A DNA stretch of 31,306 nt. It comes from an uncultured Nitrospinaceae bacterium (lineage in GTDB: Bacteria; UBA8248). The DNA is taken from positions 1 to 31,306 of the forward strand of contig CAXFSR010000047.1 of the NCBI GenBank assembly GCA_964005815.1, in the 5' to 3' direction. The translations under genes were made by a program, and so were the position numbers. Shown in pieces: positions 1 to 9,954 of the stretch; within the stretch, counting starts at the first letter, position 1; the number at the start of each line of letters is the position of its first letter. The notes under the pieces are model-generated. The model was given only the letters and a program-made list of their open reading frames with translations. It was not told the DNA's origin and did no database searches.

Positions 1-1272
1 GATTTTTTTGAAAAACTTTTCTTTCAAATCAATCTTTTGGTAAATTTCTATTTGATTTCTAATTTCTTCGACTGACAATTCTTTTCGTCTAGAAAATATT
101 GCTTCTGGATCATTGTAGAGCAAGAATACAAAATCTGGTTTAGGTAAAAAGAAGTAGACTAGCTTTATGAAACTTATAGGAACTTTTACTTTCGGATTTT
201 TTCTCGTTCCCGCAAGATAATCAGAAAAATATCTTTCAGTAATTGCGAATCCATTTTTTATAAGAATAGGTCTCATTAACAATAAATATCCAAGAAAATA
301 GTCAATGGAGAAGTAGAGGAATTTAAGGTATCCCATTTCATTTGGTAGAAGATGTGTGGAGTTATTGTTTTTCGAATTGTTTTGTTCTTTTTTTTGAAAA
401 TTATTTTTCCAAAACATTATTTCACTTTTGGTTGGTAAAATACTTGGTCTGAATCCAAGATGTTGATGAGTATTTTGGTAGTGGTACATGTTTAATATTT
501 GCTTTACTTGCGATGAAGTTGTTGATTTCCCAGATCCATCAGGACCAATAAATAAGACGAATTTGCCAGGTGGTTTTATATACCTTCTTACCCTACTCAA
601 CCATTTTTTAAAAAAAACTGAGATAGGGAACATCGTCATATTCTTATTTTTAATTAACTCTTTTTTTAAGAGTTTTTTGTTTTCTAAAACTGAAGAAGCA
701 CCTTCGTTTTTTAATTGGTTTATGATTTTTTGGGAAGTTGAATCTTTAAATAATTGCCTGAATAATATCTCTATTTTATTCCAATCGAGATTGAAAAAAG
801 AAATCTTTTTGTCTATTTCTTCGATATATTTTCTTTTGTTGTAATTTGGTCCTAAAATAGAATGAGAAACAATATGAAAAAATTCCATGTTTTGTTCAGG
901 TATCCTAAATCCATTTTTTGACATTTCTGTAAATTGTAGGAATTTATTTGCTGAAAAGTATTCTATTCCATCCGTTTGGATTTTTGAGACAATATCCAAT
1001 CTGAAGAAATCTAAAGTTTCTAGTCCTTTTTCATGTAAAATAAAGTACAGATTCTTGCCTCTTTGATTGAAAACCCAATCATACTTGTTAGTCACTTCTT
1101 TGATAATCTGAGTGACTTTTTCAGCGGAAGAAAAATCTGTCAAAATATCGATATCATTTCCAAACTTCTCAGGAAGATTTTCGTAATTTCTTAAAAAACA
1201 ATATCTGATTTTATTTTTTTCAAATTTATTAATTATCGATAATAAAATTTCTTTTTTTTTATTTTTATCCAT
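1..1272 (-). CDS. Nucleotidyltransferase-like N-terminal domain fused to a thymidylate-kinase-like P-loop domain (3'-truncated by the window edge, at least 424 aa)
   Basis: Not in the ORF track. Manual translation from ATG at 1272 (MDKNKKKEILL...) stays open to base 1. It contains LRNYENLP...GNDIDIL (1141-1194, DxD nucleotidyltransferase signature), Walker A GPDGSGKST (520-546), a TMPK-like ERY, and PKPDFVFLL. Confidence 0.85.
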   Translation of the reverse strand, partial: MDKNKKKEILLSIINKFEKNKIRYCFLRNYENLPEKFGNDIDILTDFSSAEKVTQIIKEVTNKYDWVFNQRGKNLYFILHEKGLETLDFFRLDIVSKIQTDGIEYFSANKFLQFTEMSKNGFRIPEQNMEFFHIVSHSILGPNYNKRKYIEEIDKKISFFNLDWNKIEILFRQLFKDSTSQKIINQLKNEGASSVLENKKLLKKELIKNKNMTMFPISVFFKKWLSRVRRYIKPPGKFVLFIGPDGSGKSTTSSQVKQILNMYHYQNTHQHLGFRPSILPTKSEIMFWKNNFQKKEQNNSKNNNSTHLLPNEMGYLKFLYFSIDYFLGYLLLMRPILIKNGFAITERYFSDYLAGTRKNPKVKVPISFIKLVYFFLPKPDFVFLLYNDPEAIFSRRKELSVEEIRNQIEIYQKIDLKEKFFKKI

Positions 1273-1301
1273 TTTTCTAACCCTTGAGACGTACCAATAA
1301 A

Positions 1302-2339
1302 TTATTCTTTTTCGATTTTTGAGATTAATTCAGATAAGCGTTTTTTATAGGTGTGTTCTTTATGTGCTCTTAAATATCCTTTTTCAGCAATTTCTTTTCT
1401 TTTCTTAGGATTTTCTAAGTAAAATTTAATTTTTTCTTTTAATTCCTCAAGAGTCTTAAATGTTTCTATTTCTTCGCCAATATGAAAGAGTTCTCCAAGT
1501 TCTTTTCTGTACTCGCATATTTGAAATGCTCCACTTCCAGCGGCTTCAAAAGTTCTGAGATTTACTCCTTCTACTTCACCTTGAAAAGTATTGACAACTA
1601 TTTTAGCAGATAAGAATGCTTTTGCTTTTTCTATTTCAGTAACAGTTTTATTTTGATGTAGTTTTTTGAGGGGTGTGTTCAGCCACCTAGGAATAGGTGG
1701 TCCCCAAATTTTGATTCTCCAAAATTTTGAAAGCTCTTCAAAAATCTTTGCTCTATAGTGATAGATATTACCAGCTATTGTTACATCACAGCCATAAAAA
1801 TCTAAATCTTTATCAGAAAGTTCGATTTTATTGTGCCATCTTGGGTCACAACATTCTGGAAGGTAAAATGCATTGCAATTAATTCTATTAGCCATCTCTA
1901 CCAAATATTTATCTTTGAAGAATAAATAGTCTTAACATCCAGATAATAGGTATTGTCTACCTAAGTTAGCAGGATGGTCAGGAAACCAGCAGGCGATCTT
2001 AGCTTTTGTATTTTTTTTTAATTTTTCGAGAGGAGTAGGTGGCACCCATGTACTATGCGTAAGGACAAGATCGGGATTGAATTCTTCTGCACAATTGGCG
2101 ATCTTATTGTAAAACCTGTTCTCGATATCAGGAAAAATTTTCATTAAATAGTCCATACTTCTTAACTTGATGATAGACCATCTTTTAATTTTTCCTTTTG
2201 AAGTATCTTTTTTTAGAGATGTTCCTGAAATTTTTCTTTCGTCGACTGAAAGAACTTCATGACCCAATAATTCAAGATTTTCGGCGGAGCATTTAGGTAA
2301 TGAATCAGCTTGTTCTGGTCCTATGACAACAATTCTCAT
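1302..2339 (-). pseudogene. CgeB-like (Glyco_trans_1_2) GT-B glycosyltransferase interrupted by an in-frame TAA at 1932-1934
   Basis: Track ORFs 1932..2339 and 1302..1904 share a frame: ...YLLSGC*DYLFFKDKYLVEM... Joined, they give 345 codons with family motifs WFPDHP, YLPECCDP, NLRTFEAAGSGAFQI and EHTYKKRL. Confidence 0.85.
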
Positions 2340-2364
2340 GGTTTATTAAAGACCCCAATAATAA

Positions 2365-3660
2365 TTAAGTATTCGTAAGTTTACTGACATCAATAGTATA
2401 TATTTGGCGAGTTCCATTGTGAACAGAATCAATACAGATCATTGAACCTTTTCTATTCCATCTAGGATGCAGATCTGCTCTCATTGCACTATTATCCCAA
2501 TCGTTTCCTATTGCTTCTGTTATATTTGGTAAAGAAAAGAATTTTCCGACATTAATTTTTTGATTCTCTTCTATGTTAAATAGCATTAGTTCTCTGAAAT
2601 GATTAGAATTTGCATACGTATCAGTCACAAAAAACTTTTTATCTGGTGAAGCCATAGGATGCCCGTCATTTGTTAGAACACCTAGTCCAAGTGTTCTTGA
2701 TTCCTTCTTTTTGTCATTTAAGAGAAAATATCTTTCTCCCACAATATGTTGTCGAAGATGTGATCTAGTATTACGAACTAGATTCAGTATAGGCTTGAAT
2801 AATGGAAATGAGAATATGTTTTTTTGTCTAATTTTTGCCATTAACGGTCTATTTCTACCAAAGGCTATTATCTGATTGTCATTTAACCAATTGAAGTGCG
2901 TAACAGTAATTGGGTATACGTACATATCAGAACCATCTATATTAGAAGAAATAAGGCGGTTTGGGGCACCACCATCTTTTGTCCAATATCTGTGAATGAA
3001 ACAAATTCTATTACCACCACTATTAAATGTTATATGTGTAAGGTAATGATTTTCTGTATTGTCTATGTTGTCTTTCATTGAAGAAATTACTTGAGAAATT
3101 GGGATTACTAATTCAACTTTTCCATTTGAAAAATCTATTTTAAAAATCCCATCGTTTTCAGGAATGTGGTCGAATTTAAGATCTTTTTCAGGAGACGAAT
3201 ATCCATAACCACCTGTTTTTTGAAGTCGGTCAAAATTAACTCCGAACGCAAAATTTCCATCTGGATGTACAGAGTAGATTGGAAAGTTGAAAAATTTTTT
3301 TTCTTTAGTGTTAATGTCTAGTAAAATGGATTTAAGTTTGCCACTTATTCTGTCGTTGTAAATTATCTTTTTATCTTTAATGGGAATCCACTGTTGTCTT
3401 GAGCCTTGTTGGAAATTCCAGGCTGAAGTTTCTGCAAGAGGAATGAAAGAATTGTTATTTTTTAAATCAATTATTCCTATTGTCGCATAGTCTGAATACG
3501 TCGGAGCCCTGTGGATTAAGTCTGTTTGAATAGCAAGAATGAATTCCTCATCCTCATCCCATGGGCAAAGATCGTGGAATCCAAAAAAATGATTTTTAGA
3601 ACAATTTGAAACTTTTTTGATATGACATTCTTGGTTTAAAGTGAATAATTCTTTATGCAA
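2365..3660 (-). CDS. Beta-propeller (TolB/oligogalacturonate-lyase-like) protein of polysaccharide loci
   Basis: 431-aa ORF with TTG start. It has repeated blade-like motifs (FFGFHDLCPW, AWNFQQG, HITFNSGG, THFNW, DGHPMASPD, RADLHPRWNRKG) and no obvious signal peptide. Confidence 0.7.
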   Translation of the reverse strand: MHKELFTLNQECHIKKVSNCSKNHFFGFHDLCPWDEDEEFILAIQTDLIHRAPTYSDYATIGIIDLKNNNSFIPLAETSAWNFQQGSRQQWIPIKDKKIIYNDRISGKLKSILLDINTKEKKFFNFPIYSVHPDGNFAFGVNFDRLQKTGGYGYSSPEKDLKFDHIPENDGIFKIDFSNGKVELVIPISQVISSMKDNIDNTENHYLTHITFNSGGNRICFIHRYWTKDGGAPNRLISSNIDGSDMYVYPITVTHFNWLNDNQIIAFGRNRPLMAKIRQKNIFSFPLFKPILNLVRNTRSHLRQHIVGERYFLLNDKKKESRTLGLGVLTNDGHPMASPDKKFFVTDTYANSNHFRELMLFNIEENQKINVGKFFSLPNITEAIGNDWDNSAMRADLHPRWNRKGSMICIDSVHNGTRQIYTIDVSKLTNT

Positions 3661-3694
3661 TGTTTTCTCATTTTTTGTTTTGACTTAAAAATCA

Positions 3695-5242
3695 TTATTG
3701 TTTTTTGAATAAGAAATGACCAAAAATATTTTTAATTGTATCTTTTTCTTTTGTATTAAAACAAATTTTATAAGTAAGAAAACTCGCATTCGTTATAGTA
3801 ATAAAAAGGATAATTACTAGTTGGAGAAAGACATTGAAGTCAATATAGGTTTTAATTATCCAAGAAAATAAAATAGACGTCACAGAAAGAAGAATTAAGA
3901 TCCCCCAAATTTGGCAAATTAATTTCTTGAAGCTTTCTTTAGTTAATGCACATGTTTTTTTAATAATCCAGAAGTAACAACAAACAAATTCCCCAATTAT
4001 TAATCCAATTACTAAACCGGTTAATGAACAATATTCTATTAACAAAATTGACGAAGATAATCCTATAATAGTGGATGAGAATTGAAGCCATGCGATCTCT
4101 TTATGTTTATTAGCAGCCTTTAGTACTAGAGAACTTGACATCCACGGGGTTTGTAAAACTAAATAGACTAGCAATAATCTCAAAAGAGTTGGATCTGGAA
4201 TAATTTTTCCGTTAGTCCAAAAAGAGATAAATTTTGGTCCTTCGAACCACATTGTAGAAGCTATTACAATTGATAAAGCAGTGGAAATGAAAATAGTCAA
4301 CCTATGAGTAGAAACAAGTTTCTCTGTTTCATTCAATACCTCCATTGCTGTAAGTTCTGGCCACAATGGAGATAGAAAATGTCTTGTGAAGATTCGTATT
4401 AAATTAGATAAAGTTCTGCTTATTACATAAAGAGCTACAAGTGCACCACCTAATTTTATGGATATAATTATTACACTACCCTGATGTAGCAGAATTAAAC
4501 CGATATCTAAAAGAAAAAAATAGAATCCGTAAGGAATGATTTGAGTTAGGTTCTTTAATGACACGCTTTCGAGTCCAGGAGATAATTCAGGAAACCTTTT
4601 TTTGATGTCCCATAAGGCCCAGAAAACAACAAAAACAGAAACTATTTGGCTAAAAGCCGCTAAAATAATACCACCTCCCAGATATAAAATTATTGGGATT
4701 AAAGCTAGGGATATGAATTGTCTTATATTGGCCAACCATTGAGATGTTGAAAAATTCCCATTAGTTCTGTAGACCGCTGTAACTAATCCTGCAGGAAGTA
4801 CCCATAGTGCTTGTAACGATAGAAAGAAAATAACCCATTTTGTTTGTGAAGAGTTTATTTCAATAAATCCAAATAATTTATTAAGCGGAAGAAAGTAGAT
4901 AGTTGGAATTAAAATTAATGTTCCTGTAAATGAGATCAGTATAAATAAAAAAATAGATGAATGAAGGTAAAGACGATATTGTTTGAGGTCATTCACAGAA
5001 TATAATTGAGTCATTTTATTGACGATAGCTAATCTGATTCCAGGGTCAAGGGCAGCTATGTATGCGGCAAGTGAATACATAGTTAACCATTCCCCATATT
5101 TTGTAGGAGTCCAGAAGATAAGAAGTATCGGTACTAAGATAAAATTTCCTGCGGTAAGAATAAATTGACCAAATACTACGGATAAAAGCCCGTTTTTAAT
5201 TCTCTCAAGCATAGAACTACTGTTCTGTTTTTTTTGGATCAT
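3695..5242 (-). CDS. wzx: Wzx-type oligosaccharide flippase (MOP superfamily)
   Basis: 515 aa with about 12-14 hydrophobic segments. The N-terminal 'VPILL...YGEWLTMYSL...LDPGI' pattern is typical of Wzx. Confidence 0.8.
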   Translation of the reverse strand: MIQKKQNSSSMLERIKNGLLSVVFGQFILTAGNFILVPILLIFWTPTKYGEWLTMYSLAAYIAALDPGIRLAIVNKMTQLYSVNDLKQYRLYLHSSIFLFILISFTGTLILIPTIYFLPLNKLFGFIEINSSQTKWVIFFLSLQALWVLPAGLVTAVYRTNGNFSTSQWLANIRQFISLALIPIILYLGGGIILAAFSQIVSVFVVFWALWDIKKRFPELSPGLESVSLKNLTQIIPYGFYFFLLDIGLILLHQGSVIIISIKLGGALVALYVISRTLSNLIRIFTRHFLSPLWPELTAMEVLNETEKLVSTHRLTIFISTALSIVIASTMWFEGPKFISFWTNGKIIPDPTLLRLLLVYLVLQTPWMSSSLVLKAANKHKEIAWLQFSSTIIGLSSSILLIEYCSLTGLVIGLIIGEFVCCYFWIIKKTCALTKESFKKLICQIWGILILLSVTSILFSWIIKTYIDFNVFLQLVIILFITITNASFLTYKICFNTKEKDTIKNIFGHFLFKKQ

Positions 5243-5365
5243 GGATTGATGTCTCAGGGTAACTTGATTTTATGTTAAAGTTATTGAGTTTAATTCTAAG
5301 TTTGCGAGCATTATAAACGCTTTTTTATATACTTGTTAGTATTTATTTGAGAGGATTTAAAAAGA

Positions 5366-6889
5366 ATGTTTTGGGAAGGCTGGAGTTTTCTTGCTCCTTT
5401 CAAATCCGAAAAAATATTAGAAATTGGAAAATTTCCATATATCTCTGACAGCAAACTAGAGTCTTGTTTTCATGAAAAGTCTGTTTTTTTAAAGGTTGAT
5501 GAATTAGATTACGAAAATTATTCGAAAATCAATAAATTTCTTGAATCCTTTAATTCTAATGAGGAAAGCATAGATTGTATTTTTATAAATGCTGATCTAT
5601 TGAAAATCAATTTCAAAAAATTAATAGAAAAATGTATTAGCATTCTTAAATCTAAAGGGATGATCTTTATTTATACTAGCAGAAAAAAAATTATTTCTAC
5701 TATCTCAAATGAAAGAAATTTTAATAGTTTCTTTTTTCTGGGACTTCCTAGACCGAATTCGATTCTTATTCCTGATGGAAATTTAGGTTTCAAAAGAAAA
5801 ATTTTAGAATATATCCAGCAAATAAAATACAGGAACAAAAGATTTTATTATTTCTTCTATTTACTTAGATTTTTGAATAGTTTAAATCTCTTTGGAACTT
5901 TTTTTCGCCACAGATTATTTGTATTTGTTAATTCTGAATCTTCTATTAATCCTACAGAAAATGAAAAGAATAGTTATCAACTGTTAACTAAAGAAGATTC
6001 TAGCTTCGGTATTTTGCCAGTGAAAAGAAAGAATATTGTCACTGAATTTTCTAATGATGGGTCTTTAGAAAAGATTTATAAGTTCTCATCAGGGAAACAA
6101 GGCAAAGAAATTGTTTCAAACGAAGCAAAAATGCTTGAGTATCTAGCAAGTTATGAATTTGATAAAGCGATAGTTCCAAAAGTTATAAATTACCATGCTA
6201 GTTTAGAAAGATCTTACCTTGAAATTTCTGTACAATCAGAATTGAAATATCCAAAAAAGATGGGTGAAATTCATGTTGATTGGTTAATAGAATTGTTTTT
6301 GAAGACCTCAACTCTTTCAGTTTTTAGAGATAGTTTATTCTTCTCTGAAATTCAAGAGAAACTAAAAGTAATTAATCATTACTTTAAAGAGGGAAGTAAT
6401 ATCTGGCTGAATCAATTATGTGAGGAGATGGTAGCCGTTATTGATGATTTGAATTTACCTTTTGGTGTCGTCCAAAGGGAATTCCCCTTTTACCATGCAA
6501 ATATGATAGGTGGTTCAGAAAAAATGTTTGTATTTGACTGGGAGTTCAGTCGTGTTAATTATCCACCTTTGTTTGATTTATTTCACTGCATGTTGAGTGA
6601 TAAAAATATTTCTGGTGCAGAAAGTGTCCCTTTTCCAGAACGTGTTATTAAGACATTGTTTATTTCTAAGCAAGCTCAAGTATTTGTTGAAAAATATATT
6701 AAAGAGTTAAATTTACCTACAAAGGTAGTTTATCCTCTGTTCGTTCTTTTTTTAATTGATCAACTTGCTTGTTATCTTCCTTTTGTAGACCGACTAGAAG
6801 AAGTTAGCGGATATCTAGATGCTTTGCAGGAAATGAAAAATAAGAGTAGTTTTTCATTTGAAAAATGGATGTCTGATGTTTCTATTTAG
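5366..6889 (+). CDS. Hypothetical protein: degenerate methyltransferase-like N-terminus and APH/choline-kinase-like C-terminal domain
   Basis: 507 aa with SD GAGGA. The C-terminus has 'NEAKMLEYL', 'VPKVI', 'FVFDWEF' and 'PPLFDLFH'. The N-terminus has 'KILEIGK', 'ESIDCIFI' and 'LKSKGMIFI'. Confidence 0.6.
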   Translation: MFWEGWSFLAPFKSEKILEIGKFPYISDSKLESCFHEKSVFLKVDELDYENYSKINKFLESFNSNEESIDCIFINADLLKINFKKLIEKCISILKSKGMIFIYTSRKKIISTISNERNFNSFFFLGLPRPNSILIPDGNLGFKRKILEYIQQIKYRNKRFYYFFYLLRFLNSLNLFGTFFRHRLFVFVNSESSINPTENEKNSYQLLTKEDSSFGILPVKRKNIVTEFSNDGSLEKIYKFSSGKQGKEIVSNEAKMLEYLASYEFDKAIVPKVINYHASLERSYLEISVQSELKYPKKMGEIHVDWLIELFLKTSTLSVFRDSLFFSEIQEKLKVINHYFKEGSNIWLNQLCEEMVAVIDDLNLPFGVVQREFPFYHANMIGGSEKMFVFDWEFSRVNYPPLFDLFHCMLSDKNISGAESVPFPERVIKTLFISKQAQVFVEKYIKELNLPTKVVYPLFVLFLIDQLACYLPFVDRLEEVSGYLDALQEMKNKSSFSFEKWMSDVSI

Positions 6890-6943
6890 TAAAAGATAAA
6901 TTGAAAGGAATTTTTAGTTTTATTATTTACTCGTGAGACTTCT

Positions 6944-7945
6944 ATGATGAACTTTGGACAAAATGTTGATCAAATTGAAAAAACTAAAGTAGGAGTAATA
7001 GGATTAGGAGATATTTCTACAAAGGTTCACTTGCCGATTCTTAGTGCGAGAAAAGACACTGAGATTGTATGGTCTTTCGATATAAATGAAGAAAACGCAA
7101 AGTATATAGCAAAAATATATAGTCTGCGTTTGCTTTCTGCGAACACTGCATTAAGCGATTTTCCCGAAGTTGATGTCATTTTAATGGCGATTCCTCCAAC
7201 ACAGAGACAAACGTATCTTGAATTTTTCGTAAAAAGTAATATTGCCTTTTATATTGAGAAACCATTTGCCTTTAGTGCTAGTCAGCATGAATCTATTTGC
7301 AAGAATTTCGCTCCATTTAGACTTGGGAATGGTTTGCAGTACAGATCGTGGGGAAGAGCTCTTTTGGTGAAGAAAATGATCGAAGAACAGGTATTTGGGA
7401 ATTTATTTCGTGTCGAATTAGGCCAAGGGACTCCTTTTTCTGGTTTTGGTGGAAGAAAAAGAAAAGATGTAGGAGGTGTTCTTTGGGATTTGGGAATACA
7501 TGGATTGGATATGATTTTCAATGTGACTAAAGCACATTCTGTTGAGATATTGAAATCTAATATTTTTGAAGATAATGGTTTTGCTCTAGATGTTTATTCT
7601 TCAATGAATTTAAACTTAGAGAATGAAAAAATAGTGCCTTTTGATTGTCACGTTAGTTGGGTTAAGGAGACTATGGAAGGATGTATTTTTAATTTTGAAA
7701 ATGCGGATTTGATATTGCCTTTTGATTTGCTGTCTCCAGTTGAAATACTTTCGAAAAATAAAAATAAAGTTATGAGTATGAATGAGGAAACTCAACAATA
7801 TCCCTTAACACCCCTGCAGACATTTTCTTCTCATTGGGATCATTTTTTGGAGGGGATTTCGAATCAGACTTCGAACAGAACTTCTGCAGAGAATAGTCTT
7901 TTGACTACGCAAACAATTGAGAAAATTTTAGAAGGCAAAGTTTGA
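6944..7945 (+). CDS. Gfo/Idh/MocA family oxidoreductase
   Basis: VGVIGLG Rossmann motif, EKP, and GGVLWDLGIH. Confidence 0.88.
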   Translation: MMNFGQNVDQIEKTKVGVIGLGDISTKVHLPILSARKDTEIVWSFDINEENAKYIAKIYSLRLLSANTALSDFPEVDVILMAIPPTQRQTYLEFFVKSNIAFYIEKPFAFSASQHESICKNFAPFRLGNGLQYRSWGRALLVKKMIEEQVFGNLFRVELGQGTPFSGFGGRKRKDVGGVLWDLGIHGLDMIFNVTKAHSVEILKSNIFEDNGFALDVYSSMNLNLENEKIVPFDCHVSWVKETMEGCIFNFENADLILPFDLLSPVEILSKNKNKVMSMNEETQQYPLTPLQTFSSHWDHFLEGISNQTSNRTSAENSLLTTQTIEKILEGKV

Positions 7946-9009
7946 AAATGAAGAAGGTAGCTATAATTGGAGCAAATGGTCAGGTAGGGACAGAGGTTTG
8001 TATTCATCTAAAAGAAATAGATGATTTGGAAGTTATTCCTATCTGCAGATCAAATTCTAGTACTGCTTTTTTAAGAAAATTAGGTCTGAATTGTAAAGTT
8101 GCCGATATGGAAGATCCAAAACAAGCAAAGGAAATGCTTATTGATATAGATATTGTGATAGATTTTTCTTACCCGAAAGGGACTGCACAAAAGGTGAGGA
8201 GAATGACACGAAGAATCATTTCAAATGTTCTTCGATTTGCCCCGCCAGATTCTTCGTTTGTTTATATGAGTTCTATTGTTGCTTTTGGTGTTCATAGTTC
8301 GAGTCCGTGGGTCAGGAGACACGTGTTTTCACATACTCCCTACGGAGCATTGAAGAGATACGGAGAAAGAGTCACAAGGTTCTTGGGTATAATCAATAGA
8401 AAAAAGGTTTATATCCTTCGACTTGGTCAAGTACATGGCGAGATTCAATCAGTTGGTCGTAAAATGGAGAAAGAGATAGAAAATGGTCATTTGTCTCTTC
8501 CTTTTAGCGGGAATGTGCATTCTCCGACAGTTTTTTGTTCTACAATTTCTGAGGCTATTTATTCGATTGTTTTAGGAAAAGAAAAACCGGGACGATATAC
8601 ATTAGTTTCAAATCCAGAGCCTACGTGGAGAGAACTATATGAGTTTTATGCTAGAAAAGTAAAAAAAGATCTCAAAATTACTTCTTCAGGATATTTAGGT
8701 TATAGAAGTAATTTTTTTGATATGAAATCAATTATTTCTTCTTTTGCGAAAAGAAATCGTGAATTTATTGCTGCGCAAATTTTGAAATTTTTTCCTGATC
8801 TGGAATTACGTTTAAGTGGAAAATACTGGATAAAAAAAGCAGAAGATGAAATCAGTAAGAACCCAATTTTTGAAATAATAAAACCAAAAGTTTATCTGGG
8901 CAGTCCTCCAGGGAAAAGATTGAAGTATATCTCAAAAAGTGACTTGTCTAGAGAAAATGAATTTAAAATTATTGAAAAAAAGTTAGAAAGTATTTTTTCT
9001 GAAAATTAA
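7942..9009 (+). CDS. NAD-dependent epimerase/dehydratase (extended SDR); start may be ATG 7948
   Basis: GANGQVG, SSIVAFG, catalytic YGALK, and LRLGQVHG. Confidence 0.8.
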   Translation: MKMKKVAIIGANGQVGTEVCIHLKEIDDLEVIPICRSNSSTAFLRKLGLNCKVADMEDPKQAKEMLIDIDIVIDFSYPKGTAQKVRRMTRRIISNVLRFAPPDSSFVYMSSIVAFGVHSSSPWVRRHVFSHTPYGALKRYGERVTRFLGIINRKKVYILRLGQVHGEIQSVGRKMEKEIENGHLSLPFSGNVHSPTVFCSTISEAIYSIVLGKEKPGRYTLVSNPEPTWRELYEFYARKVKKDLKITSSGYLGYRSNFFDMKSIISSFAKRNREFIAAQILKFFPDLELRLSGKYWIKKAEDEISKNPIFEIIKPKVYLGSPPGKRLKYISKSDLSRENEFKIIEKKLESIFSEN

Positions 9010-9019
9010 AAAGTTTTTC

Positions 9020-9922
9020 CTATGAAAATGAATTTTCTATAATTTCTTCAAAATTCTTGCCTAAAATCTTTTCCCTGTCTTCTTCAGAGATGTTCAGTCG
9101 ATCAACCCATCCTTTTATATGTCCGTAGTCGTATTTCCCGTCTTCTCCTGTTATTCCATAAGGACTGTCCGTACCAAAAAGACATTTGTCTGCGCCGAGT
9201 ATGGATACTACTTTCTTTGTGAAATTTTCAGATAAATGAGCACTCGAAAGGTCAACATACGCATATTTATGTCTTTGAATGAGTGGCCATATGCTTTTAT
9301 AGTAAGGTAATCCTGCATGTGCGAAAATGATTTTCAAATGAGGAAAAGTTTCTACAAGCCATTTAAAGTCTCCTTGATCGCCAAATCCCATATGAATTAG
9401 TAAAGGTAAATTTAATTCTTCAGATCTTCTGGCGGTACTTTCTAAATCTCTAAGTGGAAATTGGTGCCAGTAAGGATGCACCTTAATTCCAATCATGCCT
9501 TTGGTATTTCTCCATTTCTCAATTTCATCTTCAGGGGAAGAGTGTACTTTCGGATTAATGAAAATCCATCCTAGAAATCTTTCTGGAAATTTTTCTAGAG
9601 CTGAAGCAACACTTTGATTATCAGGAATAATTGTTTTGGTATATCCTTTTTTGTCATCTGTGAAGTATGACCAAATTGGACGTAATACTCCTTTCGAATC
9701 ATAAAAAGTAAGACTTACAAGGGATGCTATTTTTCGAAGGATATTAGAATTCATCATTTGTCTTTGTACGCCTAGTAGAAACTCGGATTTATCAGGCTCA
9801 AGAGTCTCTGTTATGCGGGCAATTAATGCAGTTTTTTCAATACCTTCTTCGTCCATTTTTTTAATTTGATCTTCTATGCTTAGAGCTCTTTCGTCTAGAT
9901 GAGCGTGGCAATCTATAATCAT
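9020..9922 (-). CDS. Amidohydrolase family protein (Amidohydro_2-like TIM barrel)
   Basis: IDCHAH, KVHP, IHMG, AHAG and FGTDSPY metal-binding motifs, plus C-terminal 'REKILGKN'. Confidence 0.88.
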   Translation of the reverse strand: MIIDCHAHLDERALSIEDQIKKMDEEGIEKTALIARITETLEPDKSEFLLGVQRQMMNSNILRKIASLVSLTFYDSKGVLRPIWSYFTDDKKGYTKTIIPDNQSVASALEKFPERFLGWIFINPKVHSSPEDEIEKWRNTKGMIGIKVHPYWHQFPLRDLESTARRSEELNLPLLIHMGFGDQGDFKWLVETFPHLKIIFAHAGLPYYKSIWPLIQRHKYAYVDLSSAHLSENFTKKVVSILGADKCLFGTDSPYGITGEDGKYDYGHIKGWVDRLNISEEDREKILGKNFEEIIENSFS

Positions 9923-9954
9923 TTTTTCTAGATTTCCCTTCTAAATAAAAAGTT

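Noticed and set aside
488..844. 118-aa + strand ORF
   Set aside because: Antisense shadow of the nucleotidyltransferase/TMPK fusion at 1..1272 (-), which has clear motifs.
1302..2339. Two independent genes, or stop-codon recoding
   Set aside because: The halves are in frame, the break is mid-domain, the second half has no good SD, and TAA is the normal stop elsewhere in the window.
5310..5338. Perfect TATAAT on the minus strand upstream of wzx
   Set aside because: No convincing -35 or extended -10, and the hexamer is common in AT-rich DNA.
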